Positions 1-15,100 of a DNA stretch of 64,000 bases are shown here, in pieces (position 1 is the stretch's first letter; every line of letters starts with the position of its first letter). The notes under the pieces are model-generated. The model searched no databases. It saw only the letters and a program-made list of their open reading frames with translations, and had not been told where the DNA came from. Position numbers and translations under genes: made by a program. Origin of the DNA: an uncultured Pseudomonadota bacterium (lineage in GTDB: Bacteria; Pseudomonadota; Gammaproteobacteria; Methylococcales; Methylomonadaceae); assembly GCA_903847275.1 (NCBI GenBank), contig CAINDC010000196.1:3884-67883 (forward strand). Reading direction: 5' to 3'.

Positions 1-1349
1 AGTTGCCAAATTTTTTCAGCAATATCACGATGTGCTTTATTCGTAACCACCATATCGGCTGGCAAACGGTGTGAAAATACGCCAACTTCTCGCGCCGTAC
101 CACACGCCGACGGTTGACCAGTTAATGAAAACGGACTATTTCCAGGTTCTGAAATTTTGCCCGTCAACAAATGAATGTTGTAAATCAGATTATTCGCCCA
201 AGTGCCGCGCGTGTGCTGATTAAAACCCATCGTCCAAAGCGAAACGATTTTACGTTTTGGGTCAGCGTACAACGCAGCAAGCGTTTTTAATTCTTCAACG
301 GGAACACCTGAAATTTCGTGCGCTTTTTCGACCGTATATTCGGCAACAAATTTTTTGTAAGTTTCAAAATCAATTGGTGTGGCATCATTCGCTTTATCCG
401 CATTTTTAGCGGCTTGTTCGAGAGGATGCGTCGGACGCAAACCGTAACCAATATCAGTATTTCCTTGTTGAAAATTAACGTGTTTTGAAATGAAATCCTG
501 ATTTACGTTGCCACTTTGAATAATATAATTCGCAATGTAATTTAAAATCGCTAAATCACTTTGTGGTTTAAAAATGAGTTTTTCGTCTGCTAAATCAAAA
601 CACCGATTTTCATAAGTCGATAACACAGCAACTTTTACATTTTCATTGCTCAAACGGCGTTCGGTAATCCGTGACCACAAAATTGGGTGCATTTCCGCCA
701 TATTTGAACCCCACAAAACAAACGCATCGGTGTGTTCAAAATCATCGTAACAGCCCATCGGTTCGTCAATGCCAAACGTCCGCATCATTCCCGTAACTGC
801 CGAAGCCATACAATGTCGCGCATTCGGGTCTAAATTATTGGTACGAAAACCCGCTTTCATCAATTTCGAGGCGGCATAACCTTCCCAAATTGTGGCTTGC
901 CCAGAACTAAACATTCCCACGGACGTTGCGCCTTTTGTGTTGAGCGCGTGTTTCCATTTTTCAGACATTACGATAAATGCTTGTTCCCAACTAATTGGCG
1001 TAAATTCACCGTTTTTGTCGTATTGCCCGTTTTTCATACGCAACATCGGTTTGGTTAAACGGTCGTGTCCGTACATGATTTTGGAAAGAAAATAGCCTTT
1101 CACACAATTCAAACCGCGATTCACTTCGGCTTCTGGATCACCTTGCGTGGCAACCACACGCCCATGTTGTGTGCCAACTAAAACGCCACAACCTGTGCCG
1201 CAAAATCGACATGGTGCTTTATCCCAGCGCACCTCATCACTTTCATTTTGTTCATTTGCCAGCGCGAGATTGGGCATATTTAAGCCAGCCACTGCTGCCG
1301 TTGCAGCAATCGCATTTAATTTAATAAATTCTCTTCGTGTTACTGTCAT
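1..1349 (-). CDS. napA: Periplasmic nitrate reductase catalytic subunit NapA (N-terminal ~449 aa; runs off left edge)
   Basis: Minus-strand ORF absent from the ORF track because it is truncated. ATG at 1347-1349 is preceded by GGAG. Translation starts [22 protein letters not shown] (twin-arginine signal), followed by [15 protein letters not shown] (4Fe-4S Cys cluster) and NapA-like sequence throughout. Confidence 0.9.
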   Translation of the reverse strand, partial: MTVTRREFIKLNAIAATAAVAGLNMPNLALANEQNESDEVRWDKAPCRFCGTGCGVLVGTQHGRVVATQGDPEAEVNRGLNCVKGYFLSKIMYGHDRLTKPMLRMKNGQYDKNGEFTPISWEQAFIVMSEKWKHALNTKGATSVGMFSSGQATIWEGYAASKLMKAGFRTNNLDPNARHCMASAVTGMMRTFGIDEPMGCYDDFEHTDAFVLWGSNMAEMHPILWSRITERRLSNENVKVAVLSTYENRCFDLADEKLIFKPQSDLAILNYIANYIIQSGNVNQDFISKHVNFQQGNTDIGYGLRPTHPLEQAAKNADKANDATPIDFETYKKFVAEYTVEKAHEISGVPVEELKTLAALYADPKRKIVSLWTMGFNQHTRGTWANNLIYNIHLLTGKISEPGNSPFSLTGQPSACGTAREVGVFSHRLPADMVVTNKAHRDIAEKIWQ

Positions 1350-1388
1350 TTTTCGCTCCTCTAATTAGTTTTAAACGACTCGTCGATT

Positions 1389-1616
1389 CTACTCGTCAAT
1401 GTGGTGATAAACCATTGCTGCAGTAAGGACACCTTGAATTTGTTGAACCTTGGTTAGTTGTTCCGTCAACATTTCATCTGTTTCTTGTTCCAAGGTGATA
1501 ACGATTTGGCTTTTTTCGTTCACACCGTGAATTTCAATATCGAGTTTTTTAAGATTTGTGATAACACGTTTTGTGTAAGTGGGAAGAGTGTTGATTAGAA
1601 TACCTACGATGTTCAT
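1389..1616 (-). CDS. napD: NapD-like chaperone for NapA
   Basis: 75-aa ORF 39 nt upstream of napA on the same strand. Size and position are typical of NapD. Confidence 0.7.
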   Translation of the reverse strand: MNIVGILINTLPTYTKRVITNLKKLDIEIHGVNEKSQIVITLEQETDEMLTEQLTKVQQIQGVLTAAMVYHHIDE

Positions 1617-1797
1617 CTGACGATTCCAGATAATTTAAATGAGTCATTAAGCTACCTCAAAATGTGACAAAAGAACAAATATGAAAGTGATTTCTAATTT
1701 TTTAGACGTGTGCAAATGTTTAAGTTTTCGCGTGAACTGACTACACTATGCACCATCTCCAAATTCAAACTTAAATTTTTATAAAAAAGGATAAATC

Positions 1798-3051
1798 ATG
1801 TTTAAAAAATCGATGACGATTGCGGATTTCGACAACGAATTACACCAAGCGATTCAAGATGAACATCAACGCCAAGAAGATCACATTGAATTGATTGCGT
1901 CTGAAAACTACGCCAGCCCGCGTGTTTTGGAAGCGCAAGGTTCACAACTTACCAACAAATACGCCGAAGGTTATCCAGGCAAACGTTATTACGGCGGCTG
2001 TGAATTCGTCGATAAAGTGGAACAATTAGCCATCGACCGCGCCAAAGCCTTATTCGGTGCGGATTATGCAAACGTGCAACCGCATTCGGGTTCACAAGCG
2101 AACATGGCGGTTTTCATGGCGTTATTGCAACCGCACGACACTATTTTGGGTTTGAGTTTGGCGGACGGCGGACATTTAACGCATGGCGCGAAACCGAATT
2201 TTTCAGGCAAAATTTACAACGCTATTCAATACGGTTTGAATGCGACGACGGGCGAAATCGATTATGACCAAGTCGAAGCTTTAGCGTTAGAACATAAACC
2301 GAAAATGATTATTGCGGGATTTTCGGCGTATTCGCGCATTTGGGATTGGCAACGTTTCCGCGATATTGCGGACAAAGTGGGTGCGTATTTGTTTGTGGAT
2401 ATGGCACATGTTGCGGGTTTGGTGGCGGCGGGCTTATATCCAAATCCTGTGCCGATTGCCGACGTGGTGACAAGCACCACACACAAATCGTTGCGCGGGC
2501 CGCGTGGTGGAATTATTTTGTGCAAAAGCAATCCCGAACTCGAAAAGAAATTTGATTCCAACATTTTCCCTGGCATTCAAGGTGGTCCACTGATGCACGT
2601 TATCGCGGCAAAAGCGGTGGCGTTCAAAGAAGCGATGGAACCCGAATTCAAAATTTATCAGCAACAAGTTATCGACAATGCCCGCGCAATGGCGAACGTG
2701 TTTATGGCGCGTGGTTTTGACGTGGTTTCAGGTGGCACGGACGATCATTTAATGTTGGTGTCGTTAATTGCGAAAGGTATTACAGGCAAAGCGGCAGATG
2801 CTGCGTTGGGTAAAGCGCATATCACCGTGAATAAAAACGCTGTGCCGAACGATCCGCAATCGCCATTTGTGACCAGCGGCATTCGTGTTGGCACGCCAGC
2901 ACCGACAACACGCGGTTTCAAAGAAGCTGAAATGATTGAAATTGCTGAAATGATGTGTGACGTAATGGAAAATATGGAAGATGAAAGCGTGATTGCAGCG
3001 GTGCGCGAAAAAGTATCGGTTTTATGTAAAAAATTTCCTGTTTACAGTTAA
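1798..3051 (+). CDS. glyA: Serine hydroxymethyltransferase
   Basis: 417 aa with LIASENY, the [15 protein letters not shown]-lysine region and full-length SHMT similarity. Confidence 0.95.
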   Translation: MFKKSMTIADFDNELHQAIQDEHQRQEDHIELIASENYASPRVLEAQGSQLTNKYAEGYPGKRYYGGCEFVDKVEQLAIDRAKALFGADYANVQPHSGSQANMAVFMALLQPHDTILGLSLADGGHLTHGAKPNFSGKIYNAIQYGLNATTGEIDYDQVEALALEHKPKMIIAGFSAYSRIWDWQRFRDIADKVGAYLFVDMAHVAGLVAAGLYPNPVPIADVVTSTTHKSLRGPRGGIILCKSNPELEKKFDSNIFPGIQGGPLMHVIAAKAVAFKEAMEPEFKIYQQQVIDNARAMANVFMARGFDVVSGGTDDHLMLVSLIAKGITGKAADAALGKAHITVNKNAVPNDPQSPFVTSGIRVGTPAPTTRGFKEAEMIEIAEMMCDVMENMEDESVIAAVREKVSVLCKKFPVYS

Positions 3052-3068
3052 GTTTTACGCAATAAAAA

Positions 3069-3101
3069 GGCGGCGTTGTGTCATACAACGCCGCCTTTTT
3101 T
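3069..3101. terminator. Bidirectional Rho-independent terminator between convergent glyA and kdsA
   Basis: Perfect 11-bp stem GGCGGCGTTGT/ACAACGCCGCC (3069-3079, 3085-3095) with a 5-nt loop. Flanked by an A-run upstream and T6 downstream. Confidence 0.8.
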
Positions 3102-3113
3102 AATGTTGATTTT

Positions 3114-3938
3114 TTACAAAACAAAACCCGATTTTTTCACCACGTCATCTAATGCCAACAACGTTTCTAATAATCCTTCCATTTCGCTTAATTTCCATGA
3201 ATTCGCGCCATCGCTTAACGCTTCGGCAGGATTCGGGTGCGTTTCCATAAATAAACCTGCAATGCCAACAGCAACCGCTGCACGCGCTAAAACAGGCACA
3301 AATTCACGTTGACCGCCTGAAGAAGTGCCTTGTCCACCAGGTAATTGCACCGAATGCGTGGCATCAAAAACCACGGGACACCCTGTTTCGCGCATTACAG
3401 CTAACGAACGCATATCAGACACCAAATTGTTATAACCAAACGATGCGCCACGTTCGCAAACCATAATTTGCTCGTTGCCTGTTGCTTTGGCTTTGTTGAC
3501 CACATTCACCATATCCCACGGCGCGAGAAACTGCCCTTTTTTGATATTCACAGGGATATTTTGCGCGGCAACCGCTTGAATAAAATTGGTTTGCCGACAC
3601 AAAAAAGCTGGCGTTTGCATCACGTCAACAACAGAAGCCACTTCAGCAAGCGGTGTATCTTCATGAACATCGGTCAAAACAGGTACACCGATTTGTTTTT
3701 TCACTTTTTCGAGAATTTCTAAACCTTTTTCAACGCCTAAACCACGAAAACTTTCGTGTGACGAACGATTGGCTTTATCGAAAGATGATTTGTAAATAAA
3801 CGGAATGTTTAAACGGTCGGTGAGTTCTTTCAAATACCCCGCTGTATCTAACGCCATTTGTTCACTTTCAATCACGCAGGTTCCCGCGATTAAAAAAAAG
3901 CGATGTTCTAAACCGACTTCAAAATTACATAATTTCAT
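3114..3938 (-). CDS. kdsA: 2-dehydro-3-deoxyphosphooctonate aldolase (KDO-8-P synthase)
   Basis: 274 aa with the typical KdsA N-terminus ([14 protein letters not shown]) and [14 protein letters not shown]. Confidence 0.9.
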   Translation of the reverse strand: MKLCNFEVGLEHRFFLIAGTCVIESEQMALDTAGYLKELTDRLNIPFIYKSSFDKANRSSHESFRGLGVEKGLEILEKVKKQIGVPVLTDVHEDTPLAEVASVVDVMQTPAFLCRQTNFIQAVAAQNIPVNIKKGQFLAPWDMVNVVNKAKATGNEQIMVCERGASFGYNNLVSDMRSLAVMRETGCPVVFDATHSVQLPGGQGTSSGGQREFVPVLARAAVAVGIAGLFMETHPNPAEALSDGANSWKLSEMEGLLETLLALDDVVKKSGFVL

Positions 3939-3957
3939 GGATTTTCTCTTTGTATTT

Positions 3958-6422
<2,465 letters not shown>

Positions 6423-6513
6423 TTATGTTTTTGAAGTTTTTAGGAAGGAGGAATTTGAAACATTTTACGCGACGATAAACAAACGGCGCAAACTGGATAA
6501 AAATAGATATTTA

Positions 6514-7026
6514 TTAGCACCCACTTGTGGCATAAGTAGTTGTTGAATTACTTGCTGTTTCAACACGAACACGACCTGTTGCAGATATAACCACAGATCG
6601 AAAATCTGAAGACGAACAAAAAATAAAATGCCCACCTTTGGCGCGACCACTTGCATCATAACTAACAAAATTTTGATATGTTCCTTTTCCTGTTCCATAA
6701 GGTGCTGTGATAGTTGCGCTGAGTGCATCAAAAGTAGCAAAAGTAGGTTCTGCTGGGAGATTTTGAACATTATTGTCATTAGTATCTACAAAAACATCCC
6801 AACCTTTTTCCCATGTCGTTTTTTTAAATACAGCAACCGATTTATGCTGTTTTATTGCTTCAAATCGTGCAAGTTGCAACGCGCTCACCATTGCATTTGC
6901 TGCTGAAGTTAATCGAGTGCTTGCAATAATTGATTGAAAACTTGGCAAACCAATCGCCATCGTCATCGAAATAATTGCAACAACGATAAGTAATTCAATT
7001 AACGTAAAGCCTTTGTTTATATTCAT
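6514..7026 (-). CDS. Type IV pilus minor pilin, GspH/FimT/FimU family
   Basis: Start trimmed to MNINKG|FTLIELLIVVAII (prepilin cleavage and methylation motif). A GspH-like segment LPSFQSIIASTRLTSAANAMVSALQLAR follows. Confidence 0.7.
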   Translation of the reverse strand: MNINKGFTLIELLIVVAIISMTMAIGLPSFQSIIASTRLTSAANAMVSALQLARFEAIKQHKSVAVFKKTTWEKGWDVFVDTNDNNVQNLPAEPTFATFDALSATITAPYGTGKGTYQNFVSYDASGRAKGGHFIFCSSSDFRSVVISATGRVRVETASNSTTTYATSGC

Positions 7027-7051
7027 GAAGTTGACTATCCTAATAATTCTA

Positions 7052-7759
7052 TCAAGTTCCACAGCCAACAACGTGATCGCTGATAATTTCGCGTGTTGTG
7101 CCATTTACACTCGTTGAAATCACATCAATTTTATAAACTTCTTTTGGACAGGCTGGTTCAGGTAAAGTAGTTGGTGGCTCACTTCTGCATCTTAAATTTG
7201 GATTGCTATTGCTTGCATCTGGATTCGCACATAACGGATCATAAGGTTGATAACAATAATTAGCGGTATCGGAAAAAAGAGCCGCTACTTCTTCAATCGT
7301 TTTACCAGTGCAATTTACATCACCGCTTTTAGGATGACACGTTAATGTCGCGGTTGTTTTATCGTAAGAAGTACATTGCTGATAAGGTGAAAGACACGCA
7401 ACTGATGAAATGATACCGCCATCAATAACACCCGCTAAATCTATTTGTTGTTTATAAGATGCAGTTGGTGTGCATTGATGGGCATTGTTGTAAATTGAAA
7501 GTTTTGAATCTATAGGAAAATAATCATCTGATAAGTAGTTGTCATGACTTGAATAAGTATTAATAGTATTTTTAGCATTTGCCAATACAGCTTCGGTGTC
7601 TGCAAATGCTTGTGTTAAAAGTCTAACGTTTCCCGCCATTTGTAATTGCTGTTTATTTTGCTGAATCATGCGTGTTCCTGCCAATGTCAGTAATAACAGC
7701 ATCACCAAACTAAACGCTAATATCGCGCCACGTTGTTGTTTTGATCTAGAGAATTTCAT
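7052..7759 (-). CDS. pilX: PilX-like type IV pilus minor pilin/assembly protein (Cys-rich)
   Basis: N-terminus KQQRGAILAFSLVMLLLLTLAG resembles the PilX_N domain. Position after pilW fits. At least 10 Cys in the C-terminal half. Confidence 0.55.
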   Translation of the reverse strand: MKFSRSKQQRGAILAFSLVMLLLLTLAGTRMIQQNKQQLQMAGNVRLLTQAFADTEAVLANAKNTINTYSSHDNYLSDDYFPIDSKLSIYNNAHQCTPTASYKQQIDLAGVIDGGIISSVACLSPYQQCTSYDKTTATLTCHPKSGDVNCTGKTIEEVAALFSDTANYCYQPYDPLCANPDASNSNPNLRCRSEPPTTLPEPACPKEVYKIDVISTSVNGTTREIISDHVVGCGT

Positions 7760-7768
7760 TATGTTTTC

Positions 7769-8692
7769 TCAATGGTCAGCAGCACGTAAATAAATCGTTT
7801 TTGAAAAAACTTTATAAAGTCGTTTTTCATCTATTGCAGGATATTCCGTTGTGCCACCTTCTATCGACCACCCTGTTTTAAAACGTGTTAAATTTTTATC
7901 CGCACTTCGCATAACAAGAAAAACTTTAACCGCAAATACTTTTGTCCAATCCGATACATCAGCGGCTTTTGCATAATAAAACGTGTTCGCTGTTTTATCG
8001 TGAATGCCATATTTGAAAACTAATTTTTCAACTTCTGAAATCATTGGTTGAGATGTTGACTTAGACGTGCAAGACATTGAATGGTCACTGCTTTTGTAAG
8101 TGATATAAACAGGAACGACATCATACGCAGAGTATGAATCAACAATACAAATTGAATTATTTTTCTGACTTTTCGTTGAATCTAACACGAAACGATAAAC
8201 AAGAGCATTGTCTGCTCCTTTAATAATTTCGCACGTTGTAGTGCTTATTTCTGTTTTGGTACTTTCAATAGCATTTGTAGCATTTGTAGCATTTGTCGTT
8301 ACTGTTGGGCAATTTAAATCTAACCCAGAACTTAAAACGTTTGGTTGAGTTTCTGTAATTTCAGTTAGTGGTGTTCTAGGACTATCATTCTTGTCGCTGC
8401 ACGTTTTTGTAGTTGTGGATGTTGGTAAACCTGAAATCGGGGTTTTTGTAACGATTGTTTTAGAGCAACTAAAGTTTGCTCCTGATTCTGAATACCCAGC
8501 CACCAAAAGCCCCTTCGCTAAATCCTCCAAAACAAACGTACCATCGTCTGTCATATCACTTAAATTTCGTTGCATAGTGAAACTTTTTTGCGATTGAATA
8601 AATAGCTGACTAATACCTGCAACCAAAGCCAAACCAAGCATCATGCTAACCATTAATTCAATCAGCGTTACCCCCCGCTGTTTTTTAATCAT
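7769..8692 (-). CDS. pilW: Type IV pilus minor pilin PilW
   Basis: MIKKQRG|VTLIELMVSMMLGL prepilin motif. Size and order after pilV fit. 4-nt overlap with the pilV stop. Confidence 0.65.
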   Translation of the reverse strand: MIKKQRGVTLIELMVSMMLGLALVAGISQLFIQSQKSFTMQRNLSDMTDDGTFVLEDLAKGLLVAGYSESGANFSCSKTIVTKTPISGLPTSTTTKTCSDKNDSPRTPLTEITETQPNVLSSGLDLNCPTVTTNATNATNAIESTKTEISTTTCEIIKGADNALVYRFVLDSTKSQKNNSICIVDSYSAYDVVPVYITYKSSDHSMSCTSKSTSQPMISEVEKLVFKYGIHDKTANTFYYAKAADVSDWTKVFAVKVFLVMRSADKNLTRFKTGWSIEGGTTEYPAIDEKRLYKVFSKTIYLRAADH

Positions 8693-9171
8693 GGTGTGAC
8701 CTTCAAATAAAGCGTGGAATCTTTTGATAAAGCTCCCACATTTTTGCTATTTGTTCGCCCCCAACGAGTAATTAAACATAATGCAGTTCCCGTAATAATT
8801 GCACATGGTGTATTAGCTTGAGCTGTGTGACTAATTTCAACCGTTGCGCCCGTTTTAGGTTTTGAAAAAATAGCTTCGGCACTTCGCTTCCAATAACCAT
8901 AATCATTATTTGCCATTGTTTGTCCGTCACAAGGTGTGACTTTTGTACAATCACCCGTGCCAATTGTCACAGCAGCCCAATTGGCAACATTATTCCCCCG
9001 AATCCTATCCTGCATTTCATAAGCAAGCAACGTCGCTTGCTGGTAATAATAGGCATCTTGATTATCACGCAATGAAATTGCCTGTATTCCTGCTAATCCT
9101 AACAATCCAATCGCCAAAATCACCATCGAAATTAACACTTCAATCAGCGTAAAACCGCGTTGCAAAATCAC
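8689..9171 (-). CDS. pilV: Type IV pilus minor pilin PilV
   Basis: GTG start. (M)ILQRG|FTLIEVLISMVILAIGLLGLAGIQ is typical of PilV. Confidence 0.7.
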   Translation of the reverse strand: MILQRGFTLIEVLISMVILAIGLLGLAGIQAISLRDNQDAYYYQQATLLAYEMQDRIRGNNVANWAAVTIGTGDCTKVTPCDGQTMANNDYGYWKRSAEAIFSKPKTGATVEISHTAQANTPCAIITGTALCLITRWGRTNSKNVGALSKDSTLYLKVTP

Positions 9172-12100
9172 TATTTAACCACCTCTTTCCAATTCAACTG
9201 TCCGCGCGAACCGACTGTACCACTTGAGAAACAGTGATTTGTACTGGAAATTTTTACACCGCTAATAGTTGCGTTAGTCACGGTACCAAATGTCGTCGCC
9301 GTTGTTTCAGGATCCATTTCGCCACTAATAACGTTCCCGGCACTTACAACGGTGACTCCAGAAACAGTTGTGGTCGTCGCATTTTCAATAATCGCATTCA
9401 TTAATTGCCCTTTAACTCTCCGACCTTGAGTAATTGTGGTATCTGAATTGGTAATCGGTTTATCGAACTGTCCACTGGTGACGCTACCCCGCACAGGATT
9501 ACCATCACTGTCTGTACCAGAGGTAATCATTCCGTTAGTAATGGTTGCGGGTACAGGAGTTGCTGAACCCTCTTTTATTGAGGTTGGATTCGTTATTCCG
9601 CCAGTCACTTTAATGAAGCAACTTAATTTAAGCGACCCATTAGCCTCCAAACAACTTAGTTTTGTGTTTTGGGTTTTATCATCAATATAATCATTTGGAA
9701 TATCGATATAAGCTCCTGCAATTACTGCCCCCGTAATTTTTGCACCAACTACTTTGCCTTTCGTAATAACAGGTGTGATGGGGGCGCCATTTGAATCGGT
9801 ATAAGGTTCGATAACCAATGCTCCTTGTTGTTTCGTACCGTATTTCACAACCGTATTTACTAATGTGGAATTATCAAACGTTCCATCTTGTGTGGAGGCA
9901 TTTGCAATTCTTGCCCGTTTAATTGTCACGCTCGTTGTTACTGACGCATCGCTTTTAACACCTGTTACTGCGCCAGTATCATCGTAACAATAGGTGACTT
10001 CAGGAGGCAGTGGAAGCGTGACAGCTTCTTCAACCAATGCGTCAGGGATCCGAGGACATAATGGATCGTTAGCAGGATTGAGCGAATCCTGACAAGCCTG
10101 AACTGGATTTTTTGGTAACGGTGCCGTGCAATCAGCAGCATCTGCAGGAATTTTGGGATCATGACAAACTGGCGCATGACATTTACCTAAATAATAATTT
10201 TCATCGTGCTGCCAATCTACCCAGGCACTGCGTTCAATAGATTGATCTGTGCCACCATTACAAATATCAATTTTATCCGTAATAACAAGTTCTTTACTCG
10301 TTTCATCTAATACACCACTTCTCGATACATCAACGTCATAAGTTCCCGCATTTAAAATTGGAAGCTGTAATGACCATGTTGTGCCTGAAACAACAATGGT
10401 ACTTTGTGTATAGGTGACACCGCCGACAGTTACCGTAAAGGATTCGCTACCTCCTAACGTAGTACCACCTATGCTTCCTGATAATGTTATCGGTTGCTGC
10501 GCTTTGGTTAATGTCGCAATAGGGTTTACCGTTGGCGTTGGATAAACACACACTGTTCCAGCTGCGTTAGCCACCTTCGGTAATGAACACGTTGCAGTTA
10601 CTTTTAATTCACTTGTTGTTGCATCTATTAACCCCGTATCACCTGTTGCCACAACGTTATAAATACCTGCGGGTAAAACAGAAGGCGCAAATGTCCATGT
10701 TGTTCCCGTAATAATCGCATTACCTGTTGCTTGAGTTGCTCCCGTTGCATCATTTACGTTAATGACTAGTGACGTACTTGTGCCAACGTTACCACTTAAT
10801 GCAGCGGCAATTTTATCCGTTGTCGTTGCGATATTTACGGTTGGAACAGCTGGTGTGATACACGCAGTATGTGCTGAATTAATTATTTCTGGTGTGGTAC
10901 ACACTAAATTCACAACCAATTCATTGTGTGTAATATCTTTTGATGTATTTCTTGTGGCTTCAACTTCATGCGTTCCCGCTGGAATTACATCTGTCGCAGG
11001 AATGGTAAGTGTCCAATTAAGCGCATTAACCACGAGAGGATTTGTTGCCACTGCGCTTTTTGTGTAAGTTTTATTGTTCACAAGAACTGAAAAACTTTCA
11101 GTTGCTCCAAGCGCAACAACCCCAACCGTTCCTGTAATTATAGGCGTACTGCTATTTGTGTTTAGCGACATAACCGTTGGTACAGGTGTAATACACGCAT
11201 CACCTGCTGCGTTATATACTTCAGGAATCGTACACGTTGTAACAGTCAATTCATTTGGAGTCGCATCAACTAAACCAGAGTTACCTAACGCCACAACATC
11301 ATAAGTGCCAGCGGCAATCGGTGTTGAAGGTGTAAATGTCCATGTACTACCAGTAATAGTCGCAGCTCCCGTCACTTCTGGAGTGCTTTTAATCGTAATC
11401 GTCAATGACGTACTCGCTCCAGCATTACCAGACAAAGCAGGTGCAATTTTATCCAGCGTTGTTTTCGTATTAACTGTCGGAACGGCACTTGCTGTCACGG
11501 TTAATGTTCCCGTTCCAGAACCAGAAACTCCTGTTGCCGTCACGGTATAATTTCCCGCCGTAGCAATCGCTGCACTCGTGGTACACGTCCATGTTTTTGC
11601 CGCTAAATCAATTACAACTGGACATGAAATACCTGTACTTCCAATCGTAACGCCTGTTATTGACGTACTCGTTCCCAATGTACCACTCAAATGTGCAGGA
11701 GCTAAATCAGTCGTTGTTGCTGCCAACACAGTCGGTGCAATCGGCGTTTGTGTGACAGGGAATGTACAACTTGCCGTTAATGTAGTTGGAACGCCTGTTG
11801 CAGTTGCTGTGTAAGTTCCTGCAATTGGCAAAACTACCGAATCAAATGACCATGCGGTTGTCGTTGTCGTTCCACTATTCGTCTTTGTTCCCGTTGCTTT
11901 TTGTACGCCACTTGAATCTTTTACCGTAATCGTCAACGGACTACCCGTTCCGAATGTACCAGTAATAGTTGGGATTCCTGCATCTGTAACAGTCGCTGGA
12001 CAAACTATGGTTGGATTAACTGCTGATTGTGTCACAGTCAATTCTTGGGTTGTTATATCAACCAACCCCGTGTTGCCTTTCGCTTCAACGTCATAAATAC

Positions 12101-15100
12101 CCGCAACTGCAATGACTGCCGATGGCGTATAACTCCATTTTCCATCAGCTGCTGGCGTTATTGTTCCGCTAACAATCGGCGGGGGGGTTTTAATCGTAAT
12201 CGTCAATGATGTGCTTGTTCCAGCCGTACCAGTCAGCGTCGGAATTTGTTTATCCGTAAACGTTTTTGGATAATCCACCGTTGGTTTTGCTGATACGCTT
12301 AATTCGCCAGTCGTGTTATCAACCAAAGTCACAGTATTACTACCCGTGCCAGATGTTCCCGTTGCAATCACATCATACATTCCCGAAGGAATAGCCGTTG
12401 CAGGTGATCTCGTCACTGACCATGTTGTTGCACTGCCACTTTTCGTAGCGGTACCGATTGCATAAGTGACATTAGTTGTGGAATGTTTCGCTGTAATTGT
12501 TACCGATGTACTCGTTCCAAATGTACCCGTAATCGTTGGTGCAACGGTATCTGTTGCAGTTTGATTTGGGTCAATCGTTGGAAGCGATTCGCACGCTGTT
12601 CCAGCCGCATTGACTGTGGCGGGTGATGCACAGAATTTTGTTACGGTTAATTCATTAATCGTTTGATCAACTACACCATAACTATCGGTCGCGGTAACGC
12701 TATAAACACCAACTGGCAGCTTTGTTGTCGATGTAAATGTCCACGTTGTTGAACCTGACGATTTACTTGTTGCCGTACCCGATATTGATTGAGTATTACC
12801 ATTGGAATCTTTAATCACAATGGTCATCGAAGTCGCATCACTATCCGCCGTACCATTCAACGTCACCACTGTTTGGTCATCAATTGATTTTGCAGTAACG
12901 GTTGGTTTCGTTTTACAAGTTACAGCGGTTGCAGGGCAATTTGAATCCTGACTTACCCAAATCGTATCAAAGCCATTAGGTGTGTAAGAACCATCAGCAA
13001 GACATTTTGTCCTAACTGCAACTGCTGTATCTTGTACTCCATTGCTAAAGCGGCAAATTTTGATACTTTGCTTGTTACCACCACTACAGCTACTAGAGCT
13101 ACTAGTATCTTGTGCTAAATAAGCATTCCCTGTTGGTAATGGACTAGGCAGTGGATATGTTACAACAGTACACGCTTTGCCCGTTTGTGAACCACTCACA
13201 ACTAATTCTTCTGTCGTGGTATCAACTAAACCTGTATCACCCGTTGCGACGACATTATAAGTTCCAGCTGGAATTGGATTGTTTAGCTGGAAAGACCATG
13301 TTTTGTTTGAAGAATTACCGTTATAGTTTATTGAACCACTACTAGTCGCATAAGTAGCCCCCGTCGTGGAATCATTTATCGCAATCGTTACCGATGCACT
13401 TGTTCCAACATTACCAGTAAGTGTTGGTTTTGTTATGTCTGTAGCTGTTTTGCCTGCATCAACTGTCGGAACAGTGGTTGCTATCGACACAGTCAATTCG
13501 TTAATCGATATATCAACCAAATTACCATGAGCAGAATCGCCCGTTGCTGTTACGTTGTAAGTACCAGCTGTTGTGAGAATCGCAGGCGTATAACTCCACG
13601 TTGTACCACTTGGCGTTATGGTGCTAGACGTTGCCATCGTTGCACCCGCTGAATTTTTAACCGTAATAATTAACGATGTACTTGAGCCAAGAGTTCCTGT
13701 TAATGTCGGTGCCACGGAAGTTGTTGTACTTACTGCATCTACTGTCGGAACAACCGTTTCCGACACAACCAATTCGTTAGATGTTCCATCAACTAAGCCT
13801 GTTTCGCCAGTGACAATGACATCATAAGTTCCTGCTGGAAGTTTATTTGGGGTTGTCACTGACCAAGTTGTTGCCACGCCGCTTTTAGTTGCGGTATTGA
13901 TTGGGTAAATGACGTTGGTTACTGAATTTTTTGCCGTAATCGTAAGCGTGGTGCTTGTTCCGAATGTACCTGTAATTGTCTGCGTTGCAGTTGTTGTGGC
14001 TTTTTGATTAGGGTCAACCGTTGGATTAACTGCCGCTTGCGTTACGGTTAATTCATTTAATGACGTATCAACCAAACTGCCATGAGCAGAATCACCTGTC
14101 ACGACAACGTTATAAGTCCCCGCTGTTGTAATGACTGCTGGTGTATACGTCCATGTGCCAGCAACTGAATTGATGGTTGCCGCGCCACTTAAACCATTTA
14201 CCGTCACGGTTAATGATGTACTTGTTCCAACTGTACCGCTAAGAGCTGGCGCAACAGCTGTTGTCGAAGTGGCTGTATTTACAGTGGGTGCAACGGTAGC
14301 AGTAACCGTTAATGTTCCTGTACCAATTAAACCCGCGATATTACCTGTTGCCGTGACGGGATATGTATTTGCCGCAAGTGCTGTTGGTAATGTGTACGAC
14401 CACGTTGAACCCGTTACAGTTGCCGCGCCACTCACACCATTCACACTAACTGTAATGGCGGTGCTTGTGCCTGTTGTACCTGTTATGGTTGGAATTTGTT
14501 TGTCATTGAAAGTAATGGGAGTCACAGTTGGGACAGTCGTTGCGCTTACCACTAATTCATTGGTTGTGGTATCCACTAAACCTGTATTACCCGTTGCAAT
14601 GACGTTGTATGTGCCATTAGGTAAAATTGCGGGCGTATAAGACCATGTTCCCGCACTCAAATTAACAGTTGCCGCGCCACTCACACCATTGACGGTAATT
14701 GTTAATGATGTACTTGTTCCGAGTGTACCGCTTAACGATGCGGCGATTTTATCGTTCGTGGTTGTGCTGTTGATAGTCGGAACAGAAGGTGTAATACACG
14801 CAGTTCCTTGGGCATTAAAAATTTGTGAAGCTGAACACGCTAAAGTCACTGTTAATTCATTCGTTGTGGCATCTGTTAAACCTGTATTGGTAGTCACAAC
14901 AACATCATAAATGCCGATAGGTAAAATTGCAGGTGCATAAGTCCAACTTGTACCACTAATGGTTGCTGTACCGCTTGCTGCTGTTGTACTGTCCGCTGCA
15001 TTTTTCACTGTAACAGTGATAGATGAACTCGTCCCAACTGTTCCACTTAATGCAGGTGCAAGTAATGTAGATGCCGCTGCGGTATTTACGGTTGGACGAA

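Noticed and set aside
892-1368. Two plus-strand ORFs (892-1095, 1147-1368)
   Set aside because: Both lie antisense inside the truncated napA gene, which the ORF track missed because it runs off the window edge.
1638-1648. Palindrome AATGA-G-TCATT about 25 nt upstream of napD as an FNR/NarP site
   Set aside because: It does not match the FNR consensus (TTGAT-N4-ATCAA) or NarL/NarP heptamers. The arms are too short (5 bp) to assign.
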